Shown here in pieces: positions 44,501 to 56,051 of a stretch of DNA of 64,000 nucleotides. The DNA lies in NCBI RefSeq assembly GCF_003334255.1, contig NZ_QOWU01000012.1; one strand, written 5' to 3'. Positions within the stretch are counted from its first letter, which is position 1. Each line of letters opens with the position of its first letter. The position numbers and the translations under genes were made by a program. Source of the DNA: Escherichia coli. Its GTDB lineage: Bacteria; Pseudomonadota; Gammaproteobacteria; Enterobacterales; Enterobacteriaceae. The notes under the pieces are model-generated. The model did no database searches. It saw only the letters and a program-made list of their open reading frames with translations, and was not told where the DNA came from.

Positions 44501-45400
44501 ATGAAGCGTGAAGAGATCGCTGATCTGATGGCGTTTGTCGTCGTTGCAGAGGAGCGTAGCTTCACTCGAGCAGCAGCCCGCCTGAGCATGGCGCAGTCAG
44601 CTTTAAGCCAGATAGTGCGCCGTATAGAAGAACGATTGGGATTGCGGCTTCTGACCCGAACCACGCGCAGTGTTGTACCCACTGAAGCGGGCGAGCATCT
44701 TTTGTCTGTTCTTGGCCCTATGTTGCATGACATAGATTCAGCCCTGGCATCCCTGAGCGATCTGCAGAACCGCCCATCCGGGACAATACGTATTACTACT
44801 GTAGAACATGCAGCAAAAACGATATTGTTACCAGCAATGCGCACATTCCTGAAATCGCATCCTGAAATTGATATTCAGCTCACCATTGATTATGGTTTGA
44901 CCGATGTCGTTTCTGAACGTTTTGATGCAGGCGTCCGTCTGGGTGGGGAGATGGATAAAGATATGATCGCCATTCGAATCGGGCCAGATATACCAATGGC
45001 TATTGTTGGCTCACCGGATTATTTTTCTCGCCGAAGTGTTCCAACGTCAGTGTCACAATTAATAGATCATCAGGCAATTAATTTGTATCTTCCCACATCG
45101 GGTACAGCAAATCGCTGGAGATTAATACGCGGTGGACGTGAAGTTCGTGTTCGCATGGAAGGTCAGCTTTTACTGAATACGATAGACCTGATCATTGATG
45201 CTGCAATTGATGGGCATGGATTGGCGTATCTACCTTATGATCAGGTTGAGCGGGCTATTAAAGAAAAAAAACTGATACGTGTTTTGGATAAATTCACACC
45301 AGATTTACCCGGTTATCACCTGTACTATCCACACCGTCGACATGCTGGCTCGGCATTCTCATTATTTATAGATAGGCTGAAGTATAAAGGTGCTGTTTAG
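44501..45400 (+). CDS. pgrR: LysR-family regulator PgrR (YcjZ)
   Basis: ORF track 299 aa; LysR-type N-terminal HTH (FTRAAARLSMAQSALSQ); divergent from ycjY. Confidence 0.85.
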   Translation: MKREEIADLMAFVVVAEERSFTRAAARLSMAQSALSQIVRRIEERLGLRLLTRTTRSVVPTEAGEHLLSVLGPMLHDIDSALASLSDLQNRPSGTIRITTVEHAAKTILLPAMRTFLKSHPEIDIQLTIDYGLTDVVSERFDAGVRLGGEMDKDMIAIRIGPDIPMAIVGSPDYFSRRSVPTSVSQLIDHQAINLYLPTSGTANRWRLIRGGREVRVRMEGQLLLNTIDLIIDAAIDGHGLAYLPYDQVERAIKEKKLIRVLDKFTPDLPGYHLYYPHRRHAGSAFSLFIDRLKYKGAV

Positions 45401-45736
45401 CACTACTTGCTGATACATTAATTTAATTCTTCTCTTAACGTATTCTCAGTTCCTTTCAACGTTTTGGTCATTTTTTATTCTTCGTACAATGGCGACAGAT
45501 GCTGATTATGATACCGAAAACGGGTTTGAACGTGCGAAGCCCGAACGTAGTGTTCGGAGTTCTATGTGCTTTACCGCATTTTGGAGACTATTATTTACAC
45601 TAAATCTGATTTGATATATTGATACTTAAAACATTTGATGCTTCCTTTGTCACTTTTTTGATGGAAGTTGTTTGCATTTCTTTAAGGCGAAACAAATAAT
45701 TACGCATCAATTTTAATGTCGGTTAGAGGGAAACTT

Positions 45737-47350
45737 ATGAAGCACTCTGTTTCAGTCACGTGTTGTGCGCTGTTGGTCAGCAGCATTTCTCTTTCGTATG
45801 CTGCAGAAGTTCCGAGCGGCACAGTACTGGCAGAGAAGCAGGAGCTGGTGCGCCACATTAAAGATGAGCCTGCGTCGCTGGATCCCGCTAAAGCCGTGGG
45901 CCTGCCAGAGATTCAGGTCATTCGCGATCTGTTTGAAGGTCTGGTGAATCAGAACGAAAAAGGGGAGATTGTCCCCGGCGTTGCGACTCAGTGGAAAAGT
46001 AATGACAACCGTATCTGGACTTTTACCCTGCGCGATAACGCAAAATGGGCGGATGGCACACCGGTAACGGCGCAAGATTTTGTCTACAGCTGGCAACGTC
46101 TGGTGGACCCAAAAACATTGTCGCCATTTGCATGGTTTGCCGCGCTGGCGGGAATCAACAACGCACAGGCGATTATTGATGGTAAAGCTACGCCTGACCA
46201 GCTTGGCGTCACCGCAGTTGATGCCCATACTTTGAAAATTCAGCTTGATAAACCGTTGCCGTGGTTTGTGAATTTAACCGCTAACTTTGCCTTCTTCCCG
46301 GTGCAAAAAGCCAACGTAGAAAGCGGTAAAGAGTGGACGAAACCCGGAAATCTGATCGGCAATGGCGCTTATGTTCTTAAAGAGCGCGTAGTCAATGAAA
46401 AACTGGTCGTGGTACCGAATACCCATTATTGGGATAACGCCAAAACGGTACTGCAAAAAGTGACCTTCCTGCCAATTAATCAGGAATCCGCAGCCACTAA
46501 GCGTTACCTCGCGGGGGATATTGATATCACCGAATCCTTCCCGAAAAATATGTATCAGAAGCTGTTGAAGGATATTCCGGGGCAGGTTTATACGCCGCCG
46601 CAGCTCGGGACCTATTATTATGCGTTTAACACGCAAAAAGGGCCGACGGCAGATCAGCGCGTTCGTCTGGCATTAAGTATGACGATAGATCGCCGCCTGA
46701 TGACCGAAAAAGTATTAGGGACGGGCGAAAAGCCAGCGTGGCATTTTACACCAGATGTTACCGCGGGATTTACGCCGGAACCTTCGCCGTTTGAACAAAT
46801 GAGTCAGGAAGAACTGAATGCGCAGGCAAAAACTTTGTTGAGCGCAGCTGGTTATGGTCCGCAAAAACCGCTGAAGCTGACGCTTTTGTATAACACTTCA
46901 GAAAACCATCAAAAAATTGCGATTGCTGTAGCATCGATGTGGAAAAAGAACCTTGGCGTAGATGTTAAATTGCAAAATCAGGAATGGAAAACCTATATCG
47001 ATAGCCGTAACACCGGCAATTTTGATGTTATCCGCGCCTCGTGGGTGGGGGATTATAATGAACCCTCCACTTTCCTGACATTATTAACGTCAACGCATTC
47101 AGGAAATATTTCACGCTTTAACAATCCGGCATATGACAAAGTTCTGGCCCAGGCATCGACGGAAAATACCGTTAAAGCGCGTAATGCCGATTACAACGCG
47201 GCAGAAAAAATCCTCATGGAGCAAGCACCGATTGCACCAATTTATCAATATACCAATGGACGATTAATCAAGCCGTGGCTGAAAGGTTATCCCATTAATA
47301 ATCCTGAAGATGTGGCGTACAGTCGGACTATGTATATTGTGAAGCATTGA
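45737..47350 (+). CDS. mppA: Murein tripeptide periplasmic binding protein MppA (SBP family 5), 537 aa
   Basis: ORF track 45716..47350; ATG at 45737 (MKHSVSVTCCALLVSSISLSYAAE signal peptide). Confidence 0.9.
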   Translation: MKHSVSVTCCALLVSSISLSYAAEVPSGTVLAEKQELVRHIKDEPASLDPAKAVGLPEIQVIRDLFEGLVNQNEKGEIVPGVATQWKSNDNRIWTFTLRDNAKWADGTPVTAQDFVYSWQRLVDPKTLSPFAWFAALAGINNAQAIIDGKATPDQLGVTAVDAHTLKIQLDKPLPWFVNLTANFAFFPVQKANVESGKEWTKPGNLIGNGAYVLKERVVNEKLVVVPNTHYWDNAKTVLQKVTFLPINQESAATKRYLAGDIDITESFPKNMYQKLLKDIPGQVYTPPQLGTYYYAFNTQKGPTADQRVRLALSMTIDRRLMTEKVLGTGEKPAWHFTPDVTAGFTPEPSPFEQMSQEELNAQAKTLLSAAGYGPQKPLKLTLLYNTSENHQKIAIAVASMWKKNLGVDVKLQNQEWKTYIDSRNTGNFDVIRASWVGDYNEPSTFLTLLTSTHSGNISRFNNPAYDKVLAQASTENTVKARNADYNAAEKILMEQAPIAPIYQYTNGRLIKPWLKGYPINNPEDVAYSRTMYIVKH

Positions 47351-47362
47351 TGTGATGGGAAC

Positions 47363-47392
47363 TGGCGTTACCCTTGTGCATAACGCCAGTGA
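47363..47392. terminator. Hairpin between convergent mppA and ynaI
   Basis: ctggcgtta cccttgtgca taacgccag inverted repeat. Confidence 0.55.
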
Positions 47393-47400
47393 TGTCTGAT

Positions 47401-48432
47401 TTAGCGACCCTGTTCCGGCGGTGTAATGTTATCCATATACAGCGTCTGGCTGGGGAAGGCAAAGTCCGCGCCGTGTGACTGTACAATATCGATAATCTTC
47501 AAATAAACGTCTTGCTGTGCAGCAAGCCATTCAGCCCATACCGTGGTTTTGGTAAAGCAATAAACCATAATATTCAATGAAGAGTCAGCAAACTGGTTGA
47601 AATAAACCAGTAAGGTTTGTCGCTGGTCGATGGCCGGGTGATTTTTCAGCATCTCACGTACAGCTTCGACAATAACGCCCACTTTTGCCGCATCCTCATA
47701 ACGTAAACCAATGGTCGTGGTAATGCGGCGGTTGGTCATTCGTCCTGGGTTTTCTACGCTGATCGACGAAAACAGCGAGTTCGGTACGTACAATGGACGA
47801 TTATCAAAGGTCGTAATTTTGGTAATTCGCCAGCCAATTTCCGCTACTGTACCTTCGATATTTCTGTCCGGTGAACGGATCCAGTCGCCAATACTGAAAG
47901 GACGGTCGAAATAGAGCATAATCCCGGAAAAGAAGTTACTCAGAATATCTTTACCGGCCATACCGACAGCCAGACCACCAATACCACCAAAGGTCAGCAA
48001 GCCAGAAAGGCTCATGCCGAAATGTTCGCCATAAAGCAGAACAAGCACCACAATAATGGTGATTTTGATGATACGCGACATAATCCGCGCACTGGTGATA
48101 TCGCGACCTTTTTTAATCTGCTGTTTTTCAAACTGATTAATCAGCAGAAATAGCTTAATCGTCAGAATAACCGCAATCAGGGACGTACAGATAAAATCGA
48201 TAACGCCTGGGGTGATAAATTTGAGTTTATAGTTTTCTATAACATAATTAATAATGCTACCAACAGCACTGATAATTATGGTGTAGATTAAAAATTGCAC
48301 CGCATGGAATAAAAATCCTTTTCTTTTACGATTTCCACGGCGAAACCAAAAGCTCATCAGAATCAATGCTGCGCAGCTACCGAAAATAATGACCAGATTA
48401 AGCGCATTATTTGTAAACAGTTCAGCGATCAT
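47401..48432 (-). CDS. ynaI: MscS-family mechanosensitive channel YnaI
   Basis: ORF track 343 aa; N-terminal TM helices plus MscS-like C-terminal domain. Confidence 0.9.
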
Positions 48433-48675
48433 TGTTTTATCAGGCTCCTCCAGATAATTGTCGTCATGCCGGAAACCCCTGGCGGGGCTATTTTACCGCG
48501 ACAATTCATTCAGATCATCAATAGTCAGGGAAGGAAGTAGCAACATTAGCTAACTAATCAATGCGTTGATTGTAAATCCAGCTAAGAGGTGAGGTTTTCA
48601 GAGCAGACAACGGTGAAATGTCATGGTATTGTTACGTTTAGGTAACAAGAAATTTGTCTGCACAAGGATTACATC

Positions 48676-48933
48676 ATGATTATGGCGAAACTGAAGTCAG
48701 CGAAAGGGAAGAAATTTCTCTTTGGTTTGTTGGCGGTTTTCATTATTGCGGCGTCGGTTGTGACTCGCGCGACCATCGGCGGCGTTATAGAACAGTACAA
48801 TATTCCGCTGTCTGAGTGGACGACATCAATGTATGTGATTCAGTCATCGATGATTTTTGTTTATAGCCTGGTCTTTACTGTGTTGCTGGCAATCCCGTTG
48901 GGAATTTATTTCCTTGGCGGCGAAGAGCAGTAA
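48676..48933 (+). CDS. ynaJ: Small inner membrane protein YnaJ (DUF2534)
   Basis: ORF track 85 aa; two hydrophobic helices. Confidence 0.8.
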   Translation: MIMAKLKSAKGKKFLFGLLAVFIIAASVVTRATIGGVIEQYNIPLSEWTTSMYVIQSSMIFVYSLVFTVLLAIPLGIYFLGGEEQ

Positions 48934-48943
48934 GTAAAAAATA

Positions 48944-48965
48944 GGCCCGATAACTCGGGCCTTGT
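48944..48965. terminator. Hairpin between convergent ynaJ and uspE
   Basis: ggcccgataactcgggcc inverted repeat. Confidence 0.5.
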
Positions 48966-48982
48966 CAGTTATTGAAGAGTCG

Positions 48983-49933
48983 TTAATCGTCTTCTTCGTC
49001 ATCCAGTTCAACGGGTGTCTGATACTGGTCAGGTTTAATGACCAGCAGGTCGCAGCGAAGATGATCAATCACCTGTTCCGCCGTGTTGCCGAGGAATGCT
49101 GCTGAAATACCGGTGCGTCCGACCGTGCCCAGAACCACAATTCCCGCCTGTAAATGCTCCGCCAAATCAGGAATCACCTCTTCAGGCAGACCTTTTTCTA
49201 CGTGCGTCATGTTTTCATTAATGCCGAATTTCTGCCGCAGAGCTTTCATTGCCAGCAAATGTTGCCCACGAATGGCATCGTTATAAACGCTCGGGTCAAA
49301 TTCCGGCAGTTCAATCGCGATATTAATTGGCGTTACCGGATAAGCGCCAACCAGATGAACTTCGGTATGGTTGACTTGTTCTGCCAGTTCGATCGTCTCT
49401 TTGACCAGTTTTTCATTGAGCGCATTATGATACGGCTCTTCACTGGCGAGATTCACCGCCACCAGCGCCTTGCCTCCTTCCGGCCACGGCTGGTCTTTCA
49501 CCATCCACACCGGGCTTGGGCATTTGCGTAACAGATGCCAGTCCGTTGGCGTAAAAATCACCGCTTCCAGACGGTCATGTTGGTGCGCCATTTTTAGCAC
49601 CAAATCGTGTCCGCCGCTGATCACTTCCTGAATGATGGCTTCGAAAGGACGGTTATGCCAGACCACTTTAATTTCAATGGGAACGCCAGCATTGAGATAA
49701 TATTTTGCCTGCTCGTGGATCCAGGCTGTACGCTGGCTGATGACGCCCTGACGCATAGCGGTACGTTCGTCCGGGGAGAGCAGGGTGGTCATTTCGTATG
49801 AGAAGTCATAGATCGGCAAAAAGGCTTTAATTTTGCCACCAATCCGTTGATGTAAATAAACAGCTCGCCGCAATGCTGGTTGGTCGTCCTGGTTAGGATC
49901 GATAACAACGAGCATGTTCTGATACATAGCCAT
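48983..49933 (-). CDS. uspE: Tandem universal stress protein UspE, 316 aa
   Basis: ORF track 48983..49960; start at [17 protein letters not shown]. Confidence 0.9.
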   Translation of the reverse strand: MAMYQNMLVVIDPNQDDQPALRRAVYLHQRIGGKIKAFLPIYDFSYEMTTLLSPDERTAMRQGVISQRTAWIHEQAKYYLNAGVPIEIKVVWHNRPFEAIIQEVISGGHDLVLKMAHQHDRLEAVIFTPTDWHLLRKCPSPVWMVKDQPWPEGGKALVAVNLASEEPYHNALNEKLVKETIELAEQVNHTEVHLVGAYPVTPINIAIELPEFDPSVYNDAIRGQHLLAMKALRQKFGINENMTHVEKGLPEEVIPDLAEHLQAGIVVLGTVGRTGISAAFLGNTAEQVIDHLRCDLLVIKPDQYQTPVELDDEEDD

Positions 49934-50084
49934 ACAGGGTCTCCTTACAACAACTGTCAACGCAGTTTGTAATTAAAAGATTAACCCATATCTGGTGAAT
50001 GAAACAGTGATGAACCTTCTGCCAGATCAATAAATCAGAAAAATTTAATGATATGACAGAAGGATAGTGAGTTATGCGGAAAAA

Positions 50085-50837
50085 TCAGGCAACGTTACGC
50101 GTATGACCAGCAAGCTGGGCCAGCGCATCGTTATTTTCGATGGTGATGTATTTACCTTTGACTGCCAGCATACCGCTTTTCTGGAAGCGACCCAGCAGAC
50201 GGCTGATGGTTTCTACCGTCAGGCCCAGATAGTTACCGATATCGCCACGAGTCATCGTCAGGCGGAATTCACGAGGGGAGAAGCCGCGTTGGGCAAAACG
50301 ACGGGACAGGTTGTAGATGAATGCAGCCAGACGTTCCTCGGCATTTTTCTTCGACAACAGCAGGATCATGTCCTGATCGCCTTTGATTTCACCGCTCATC
50401 AGACGCATCATCTGCTGACGCAGATTCGGCATTTTACCGGACAAATCGTCCAGCGTTTCGAACGGGATTTCACATACCATCGAGGTTTCCAGCGCCTGAG
50501 CGAAGCTCGGGTGATGGCCGCTGCCGATAGCATCAAATCCCACCAGGTCACCTGCTAAATGAAAACCAGTGATTTGCTCGTCGCCTTGCTCAGTGATGGT
50601 ATAACTTTTAATCGTACCGGAGCGGATGGCATAAAGCGATTTAAGTTCATCACCAGCCTTAAACAGCGTCTGGCCTTTCTGAATAGGCTTCTTCCGCTCA
50701 ATGATATTATCAAGCTGATCAAGCTCATGTTCGTTGAGTGTGAACGGGATGCAAAGCTGGCTGATGCTGCAATCCTGGCAATGGATAGCACAACCGCCAG
50801 ACTGAATGCGCCGTATAATTCGCTTTTCCGGGATCAT
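50085..50837 (-). CDS. fnr: Anaerobic global regulator FNR (CRP/FNR family), 250 aa
   Basis: ORF track 50085..50894; start at [29 protein letters not shown] (Fe-S cysteine cluster); C-terminal HTH. Confidence 0.95.
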
Positions 50838-50856
50838 AGGTCTGCTCAAGCCGTAA

Positions 50857-50870
50857 TTGATATTTGTCAA
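50857..50870. promoter_or_regulatory. FNR box (TTGAT-N4-GTCAA) in the fnr promoter
   Basis: ttgatatttgtcaa read ~20 bp upstream of the fnr start codon. Confidence 0.65.
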
Positions 50871-51031
50871 TTTTAACATCTTTTTAGGGAGCAAGTAAGT
50901 CTAAGCAAACCTTAACAGCAGAGAATTCCGATATTAGATGTAAATATATGTCTATCTATTTGAAAAACCTTAAGTTGTTAAGGGTAACTTTACATAAAAG
51001 TGTGAACAAGCTGGCACAAATTGTTTAATGT

Positions 51032-51547
51032 TTACAGCAAAAGATAACCTTCGTGGCGCAATAACCACTCTTTTCGCTGAACTCCGCCTGCATATCCGGT
51101 CATGGTGCCGTTTCGGCCAATAACCCGATGGCAAGGTACTACAATGCTGATGGGATTCGATCCGTTTGCCGCACCAACGGCACGCGCCGCGCCAGGGCGG
51201 CCCAATTGTTCAGCCAGTTGGCCGTAATGCATTACCTGCCCGCAGGGGATAGTGCGTAGTGTTTTCCAGACTTCGCGCTGAAATGGCGTCCCCCCTGTGG
51301 CAGTGGGAAGCGTATCAATAATGCTAAGATTACCGGCAAAATAATCACGAAGCTTGTCGCTTAAACCGCCTGGGTTGGTGGCAGAAATGCGCTCATAGCC
51401 TTCTTTGCGATAATGGATGTTCAGCAGCTGCACCATGCGTTCGCTGTACTCTTCCCATTCAACCGCCCGCAGGCGAAATTGCTCATCGCAAATCACCCAC
51501 AGTGGACCCAGTGGCGTGGCAATTTTTTCTTCAAGTAATCTCAGCAT
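51032..51547 (-). CDS. ogt: O6-alkylguanine-DNA alkyltransferase Ogt
   Basis: ORF track 171 aa; active-site PCHRV motif. Confidence 0.95.
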   Translation of the reverse strand: MLRLLEEKIATPLGPLWVICDEQFRLRAVEWEEYSERMVQLLNIHYRKEGYERISATNPGGLSDKLRDYFAGNLSIIDTLPTATGGTPFQREVWKTLRTIPCGQVMHYGQLAEQLGRPGAARAVGAANGSNPISIVVPCHRVIGRNGTMTGYAGGVQRKEWLLRHEGYLLL

Positions 51548-51557
51548 CCGTTCTCTC

Positions 51558-53084
51558 TTAAGACAAACGTGGGTAAATCCCCGGACCTATCGGCAGACCA
51601 ACAAGATACCACGCCAGCAACATCAGCAGCCATACCACCAAAAAGATAAGCGGATAGGGCAAGACTAACGAATAGTAAGTACCCAGTTTCGCGTCTGGTT
51701 TGTAGCGTTGCAGGAATCCAAGAAACAGTGGAACAAAAGGAGATACCGGCGCTAAAGGCAATACGGATGAGTCGGCAATACGAAAGAGGATTTGCGCAAA
51801 TGCCGGGTGAAAGCCAAGTAGCATAAACATTGGTACGAAAATGGGGGCCAGAATCGACCAGATTGCGGAACCGCTGGCAATAAACATGCATAAGAAAGAG
51901 GAAAGCAACGCCAGACCGACAAACGCCGGGATGCCGCTAAGCCCTGAACTTTCCAGTATATCGGTCAGCCCCACGGCGATGAATTTCCCCATGTTGCTCC
52001 AGTTAAACATGGCGACAAATTGGGCGAGGGGAAAAACCATCACGATAAATCCCGCCATCTCTTTCATCGGTTCAATCATTAAATGCGGTAAATCCGCCTG
52101 ACGTCGAATTGTGCGGGTAGCGATGCCATAAGCCAGCGAAACCACAAAGAAAAAAAGAATGATCAGTGGCACGATACCTTTAATAAAGGGTGATGGCATC
52201 ACGGTGTGATTAATCGGATCGCGCAATATCCCGTTTTCCGGGATCACCATCAGCGCGATCGCAGCAATAAAAAGTAGCGATACGACACCTGCTATGCGTA
52301 AACCAAAACGCTGACTTTCGGTCAATGTCTGCAGTTTCTCATCGCTGTTTCCCTGCCATTGACCTAACCGTGGTTCGATGATTTTGTCGGTTATCAGGCC
52401 GCCAACAATCGTCAGTACGACTACGGAGCTGGCCATAAAATACCAGTTATCAATTACACTGACGTGCATTTGCGGATTGAACGCAGCCGCCGCTTCCGTG
52501 CTGATCCCCGACAGCAACACGTCGGTTGTGACAATCAGTAAATTAGCCGTGAAGCCGCAACCTACGCCTGCAATGGCGGCCAGTAAACCTGCAACTGGAT
52601 GCCTGCCCACCGCCAGAAAAATCAGCGCACCCATCGGTGGCATGATCACTAACGCCGCATCGGAAGAAATGTGGCTGAAAAAAGCAATAAACAGCACCAT
52701 ATAACTGGCGTAGCGGGCATTAACATGCGATGCCATTTTAACCATTAGCGCTGGCAGTAAGCCGACGCGCTCCGCCAGACCGGCACCTAAAACCAGCGCC
52801 AGGATCGCACCAAGTGGAGCAAAACCGCTAAAGTTTTTAATCACATTGGGTAAAAACCAGTGTAATCCTTCCACACTGAGCAGGTTTTTCACCACCACCG
52901 GCGTACCATCGGTCGGGTTTTTCGCACTGACGCCAAAGGCCGACAAAATTGCCGTCGTCACCATGAGTACGATAATCAAATAGATAAAGAGCAAAAAAGG
53001 ATGGGGAACCTTGTTACCAATTCTTTCGACCCAGCCATAGAGCTTCCCGGATTGGGAGGACGACGGTATGGATGACATACTCAT
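51558..53084 (-). CDS. abgT: p-Aminobenzoyl-glutamate transporter AbgT
   Basis: ORF track 51558..53090; polytopic membrane protein; last gene of abgABT. Confidence 0.85.
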   Translation of the reverse strand: MSMSSIPSSSQSGKLYGWVERIGNKVPHPFLLFIYLIIVLMVTTAILSAFGVSAKNPTDGTPVVVKNLLSVEGLHWFLPNVIKNFSGFAPLGAILALVLGAGLAERVGLLPALMVKMASHVNARYASYMVLFIAFFSHISSDAALVIMPPMGALIFLAVGRHPVAGLLAAIAGVGCGFTANLLIVTTDVLLSGISTEAAAAFNPQMHVSVIDNWYFMASSVVVLTIVGGLITDKIIEPRLGQWQGNSDEKLQTLTESQRFGLRIAGVVSLLFIAAIALMVIPENGILRDPINHTVMPSPFIKGIVPLIILFFFVVSLAYGIATRTIRRQADLPHLMIEPMKEMAGFIVMVFPLAQFVAMFNWSNMGKFIAVGLTDILESSGLSGIPAFVGLALLSSFLCMFIASGSAIWSILAPIFVPMFMLLGFHPAFAQILFRIADSSVLPLAPVSPFVPLFLGFLQRYKPDAKLGTYYSLVLPYPLIFLVVWLLMLLAWYLVGLPIGPGIYPRLS

Positions 53085-53120
53085 GGGCATTCCTCGGTTG
53101 TTGTGTTTACGTTGTTGTTG

Positions 53121-54566
53121 TTATTTTAAAGGTGACGGTGTCACGTTTTTCGGGATAGGGCAGTGATACGGTTGCGTGTCCGTTACTTGCTGATGCTCTT
53201 GTAGGCATTCTTGCAATAGCCCTGAATCAATGAAGAGATTGACTGTGGTTGCTGCCATAGTTTTCGCCGCCAGCAGCATTCCTTTATGAGCAATAGATGT
53301 TCGCCCCTGGCTAACCAGTTGCCACGTATGTAGCGGTGTACCGACGGCAAAACAGGGGCTGAAACTCTGGGCAACAGGCAGTTTCCAACTGACGTCGCCG
53401 ACATCAGTCGATGCCGCAAGCACGTTATCGGTGGCGGCATATGGAGCGACTTCATTCGCCAGTACCGTTTCACGATGACGTAGTGCAAAAACCTTGCCGT
53501 TTTCGCCACCGGTTGCGGCGATATTATTCAGACTGTTTTGCCGATCGTTGGGGGTGAGCGTAGCCTGAATTTGTTTCGCAAAAGCCAGTTCTTCGGAGTT
53601 CCATTCTGGGGTACCAAAATGGGATAGGGCCTGGTACATGGCATTTTCTAAGGTGCGATTCGGGAGATAACTGGAACAGGCTTTGTCGAAGCGGCATTCA
53701 ACCGTGGTTTCGGTCATCAATGCCGCACCTTCGGCGATTTTGGCGACCCGATCATAAATATGCTGCACGTCGGTCATTTCGGGGGCGCGGATAAGATAAA
53801 GTACTTCTGCCTGCGCCTGGACCACGTTGGGCGTGATCCCGCCGCTATCTGTGATGGCATAGTGTACGCGCGCTTTTTCAATAATATGTTCGTTGAGGAA
53901 GTTGGTGCCAGTGGTCATCAACGTTACGGCATCAAGGGCGCTGCGTCCCAAATGAGGGGAATTCGCGGCATGTGCTGCGATCCCTTTAAAGCGCCATGAT
54001 GCCTGAATGTTTGCCAGCGTGCGGGTATTGAACATACCGGCAAAGGCTTCCGGGTGCCAGGTGAGTGCCGCATCCACATCATCAAATACCCCCTCGCGGA
54101 CCATGAACGTTTTACCCGAGCCGCCTTCTTCGCCAGGACAACCATAAAAGCGTACTGTGCCGCCTTGCCCATATTGTTCCAGCCATTTCTTGACGGCTAT
54201 TGCAGCGGCAAAGGCGGCGGTTCCCAGCAAATTGTGTCCGCAACCGTGACCATTTTCACCGGGCGTCGCGGATGTAGGTTGCGCGCAACCAGCTTGCTGA
54301 CTTAAACCTGCCAGGGCGTCATATTCTCCCAGCAGGGCGATAACCGGTTTGCCTTGACCAAACGAAGCAATAAAGGCATTTGGGATATTGCCTACGTTGC
54401 GGGTAACGGTGAAGCCTGCAGATTCCAGCGCCGAAGCCAGATGCTCCGCTGACCAGAACTCTTCAAAACGTGTTTCTGGATGATCCCAGATTTGATCGGC
54501 AATATCGGTATAACGTTGGCGATCGGCTTCAATCGCATCGTCGATAAAACGATAGATTTCCTGCAT
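53121..54566 (-). CDS. abgB: p-Aminobenzoyl-glutamate hydrolase subunit B AbgB (M20 peptidase)
   Basis: ORF track 481 aa; M20-family metallopeptidase-like. Confidence 0.85.
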   Translation of the reverse strand: MQEIYRFIDDAIEADRQRYTDIADQIWDHPETRFEEFWSAEHLASALESAGFTVTRNVGNIPNAFIASFGQGKPVIALLGEYDALAGLSQQAGCAQPTSATPGENGHGCGHNLLGTAAFAAAIAVKKWLEQYGQGGTVRFYGCPGEEGGSGKTFMVREGVFDDVDAALTWHPEAFAGMFNTRTLANIQASWRFKGIAAHAANSPHLGRSALDAVTLMTTGTNFLNEHIIEKARVHYAITDSGGITPNVVQAQAEVLYLIRAPEMTDVQHIYDRVAKIAEGAALMTETTVECRFDKACSSYLPNRTLENAMYQALSHFGTPEWNSEELAFAKQIQATLTPNDRQNSLNNIAATGGENGKVFALRHRETVLANEVAPYAATDNVLAASTDVGDVSWKLPVAQSFSPCFAVGTPLHTWQLVSQGRTSIAHKGMLLAAKTMAATTVNLFIDSGLLQECLQEHQQVTDTQPYHCPIPKNVTPSPLK

Positions 54567-55876
54567 CAGATACCTCGCGTCCAGGGAAAATTGAGCGAGG
54601 TGCGCGCCAGCGTTTCGACGGCAATAGCGAGAACCTGCTCGTCAAAATCGAATTTTTCGTTGTGGTGACCTGCCGCCAGTTGTGTGCCAAACACCATGTA
54701 GGAGGCTTGCCCTTGATGTTGCTGCACGCGGGCCATCATTAATGTGGCATCTTCGGAACCCGCAGGCGCTTCAACACGTTCAATGGCCTGATTGACCCCC
54801 GCGACCTGAGCCGCCTGACTTTGCAACCATGCGACCCATTGCGGCGAAGGAGAACTGGCGGTAGCTGCACCCATCAGACGAGTTTCAACGCCGACACCAT
54901 ACATGGTTGCTGCGCCCTGAATCGCTTGTTGTGCACGGTCAAAAACATATTGATTAATGACGTCGCTGGCCCCGCGTGTTTCCACTTTCAGCAACGCCGA
55001 GGCAGGAACAACGTTACGGCCGCTTCCTGCCTGCATAACGCCCACGTTTACTCTGGAAGCTCCTTCGCTGTGCGGGGCGATTGCATGCAGTGCAAGAGTT
55101 GCTTGTGCTGCCGCCAACAAGGCATTGTGACCGTCTTCTGGTTTTGCGCCTGCGTGAGCGGCGGTCCCGGTGAAGTGCGCGTCAAATTTGGTGGTTGCCA
55201 TAAAATTATCACTGCCGCACACCACGGTGCCCGCAGGTACGCCAGTGCCAATGTGCACGGCAGTAAAATAATCAACATCATCTACGACACCTGCATCGAC
55301 CATCGCCCGCGCGCCACGCGTACCTTCCTCTGCAGGCTGAAAAATCAGTTTGATGACGCCATGTAGTCCGGACTCGAACTGTTTAAGGGTATGCGCCAGC
55401 CCAAGCCCAATGGCGGTATGCCCATCATGACCACAGGCATGCATCATTCCGGCGTTACATGACGCAAAACCGTCGCGGTAGGGGCGATGGCTGACATCCT
55501 GCTCTTCACTGAGATCCAGCGCGTCCATATCGACACGGAAAGCCATAACTGGACCGGGGCGACCGGTATCCAGGGTGGCGACAATACCAGTGAAACCACC
55601 TTCAAAAGCCGCAATCCATTGTGCTAGCGCACCCTGTTGACGAGCGCGCTCGAATTCGCGTTGTAGAGTGAGTTCATCAGGTAGTCCCATCCGGCTACTT
55701 TCATTAACTACTTCGCGGCCCAGTGCCAGTGAATAGCCGAGCTGCTGCAATTCTTCCGCAACAAGGGTGGCAGTGCGGAATTCCACCCAGCCAGACTCTG
55801 CATAGTGATGAAAATCACGTCGCCAGTGCGATAATTTTGGGGCAAGTGAATTAACAAATTGATTCAAAGACTCCAT
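54566..55876 (-). CDS. abgA: p-Aminobenzoyl-glutamate hydrolase subunit A AbgA (M20 peptidase)
   Basis: ORF track 54566..55891; start at MESLNQFVNSLAPK; 1-nt overlap with abgB. Confidence 0.85.
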   Translation of the reverse strand: MESLNQFVNSLAPKLSHWRRDFHHYAESGWVEFRTATLVAEELQQLGYSLALGREVVNESSRMGLPDELTLQREFERARQQGALAQWIAAFEGGFTGIVATLDTGRPGPVMAFRVDMDALDLSEEQDVSHRPYRDGFASCNAGMMHACGHDGHTAIGLGLAHTLKQFESGLHGVIKLIFQPAEEGTRGARAMVDAGVVDDVDYFTAVHIGTGVPAGTVVCGSDNFMATTKFDAHFTGTAAHAGAKPEDGHNALLAAAQATLALHAIAPHSEGASRVNVGVMQAGSGRNVVPASALLKVETRGASDVINQYVFDRAQQAIQGAATMYGVGVETRLMGAATASSPSPQWVAWLQSQAAQVAGVNQAIERVEAPAGSEDATLMMARVQQHQGQASYMVFGTQLAAGHHNEKFDFDEQVLAIAVETLARTSLNFPWTRGI

Positions 55877-56051
55877 AACCTTTCCCGTCATCAGTAAAAA
55901 GTGTGACCCGGTTCACGTAGCGATAGTTTTTACTTATCACTAACTGATTTTTCACAGTTTTAACCGTTCATAAATTACCCTGACACAATCATCTGCATTA
56001 AAGTAGATGCCAGTTTCTTTGGTCTGATAAATAACGGTTATCGGTGGCGTC

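Noticed and set aside
54821-55366. 181-codon plus-strand ORF
   Set aside because: Antisense to abgA; Cys/Arg-rich composition typical of a wrong frame.
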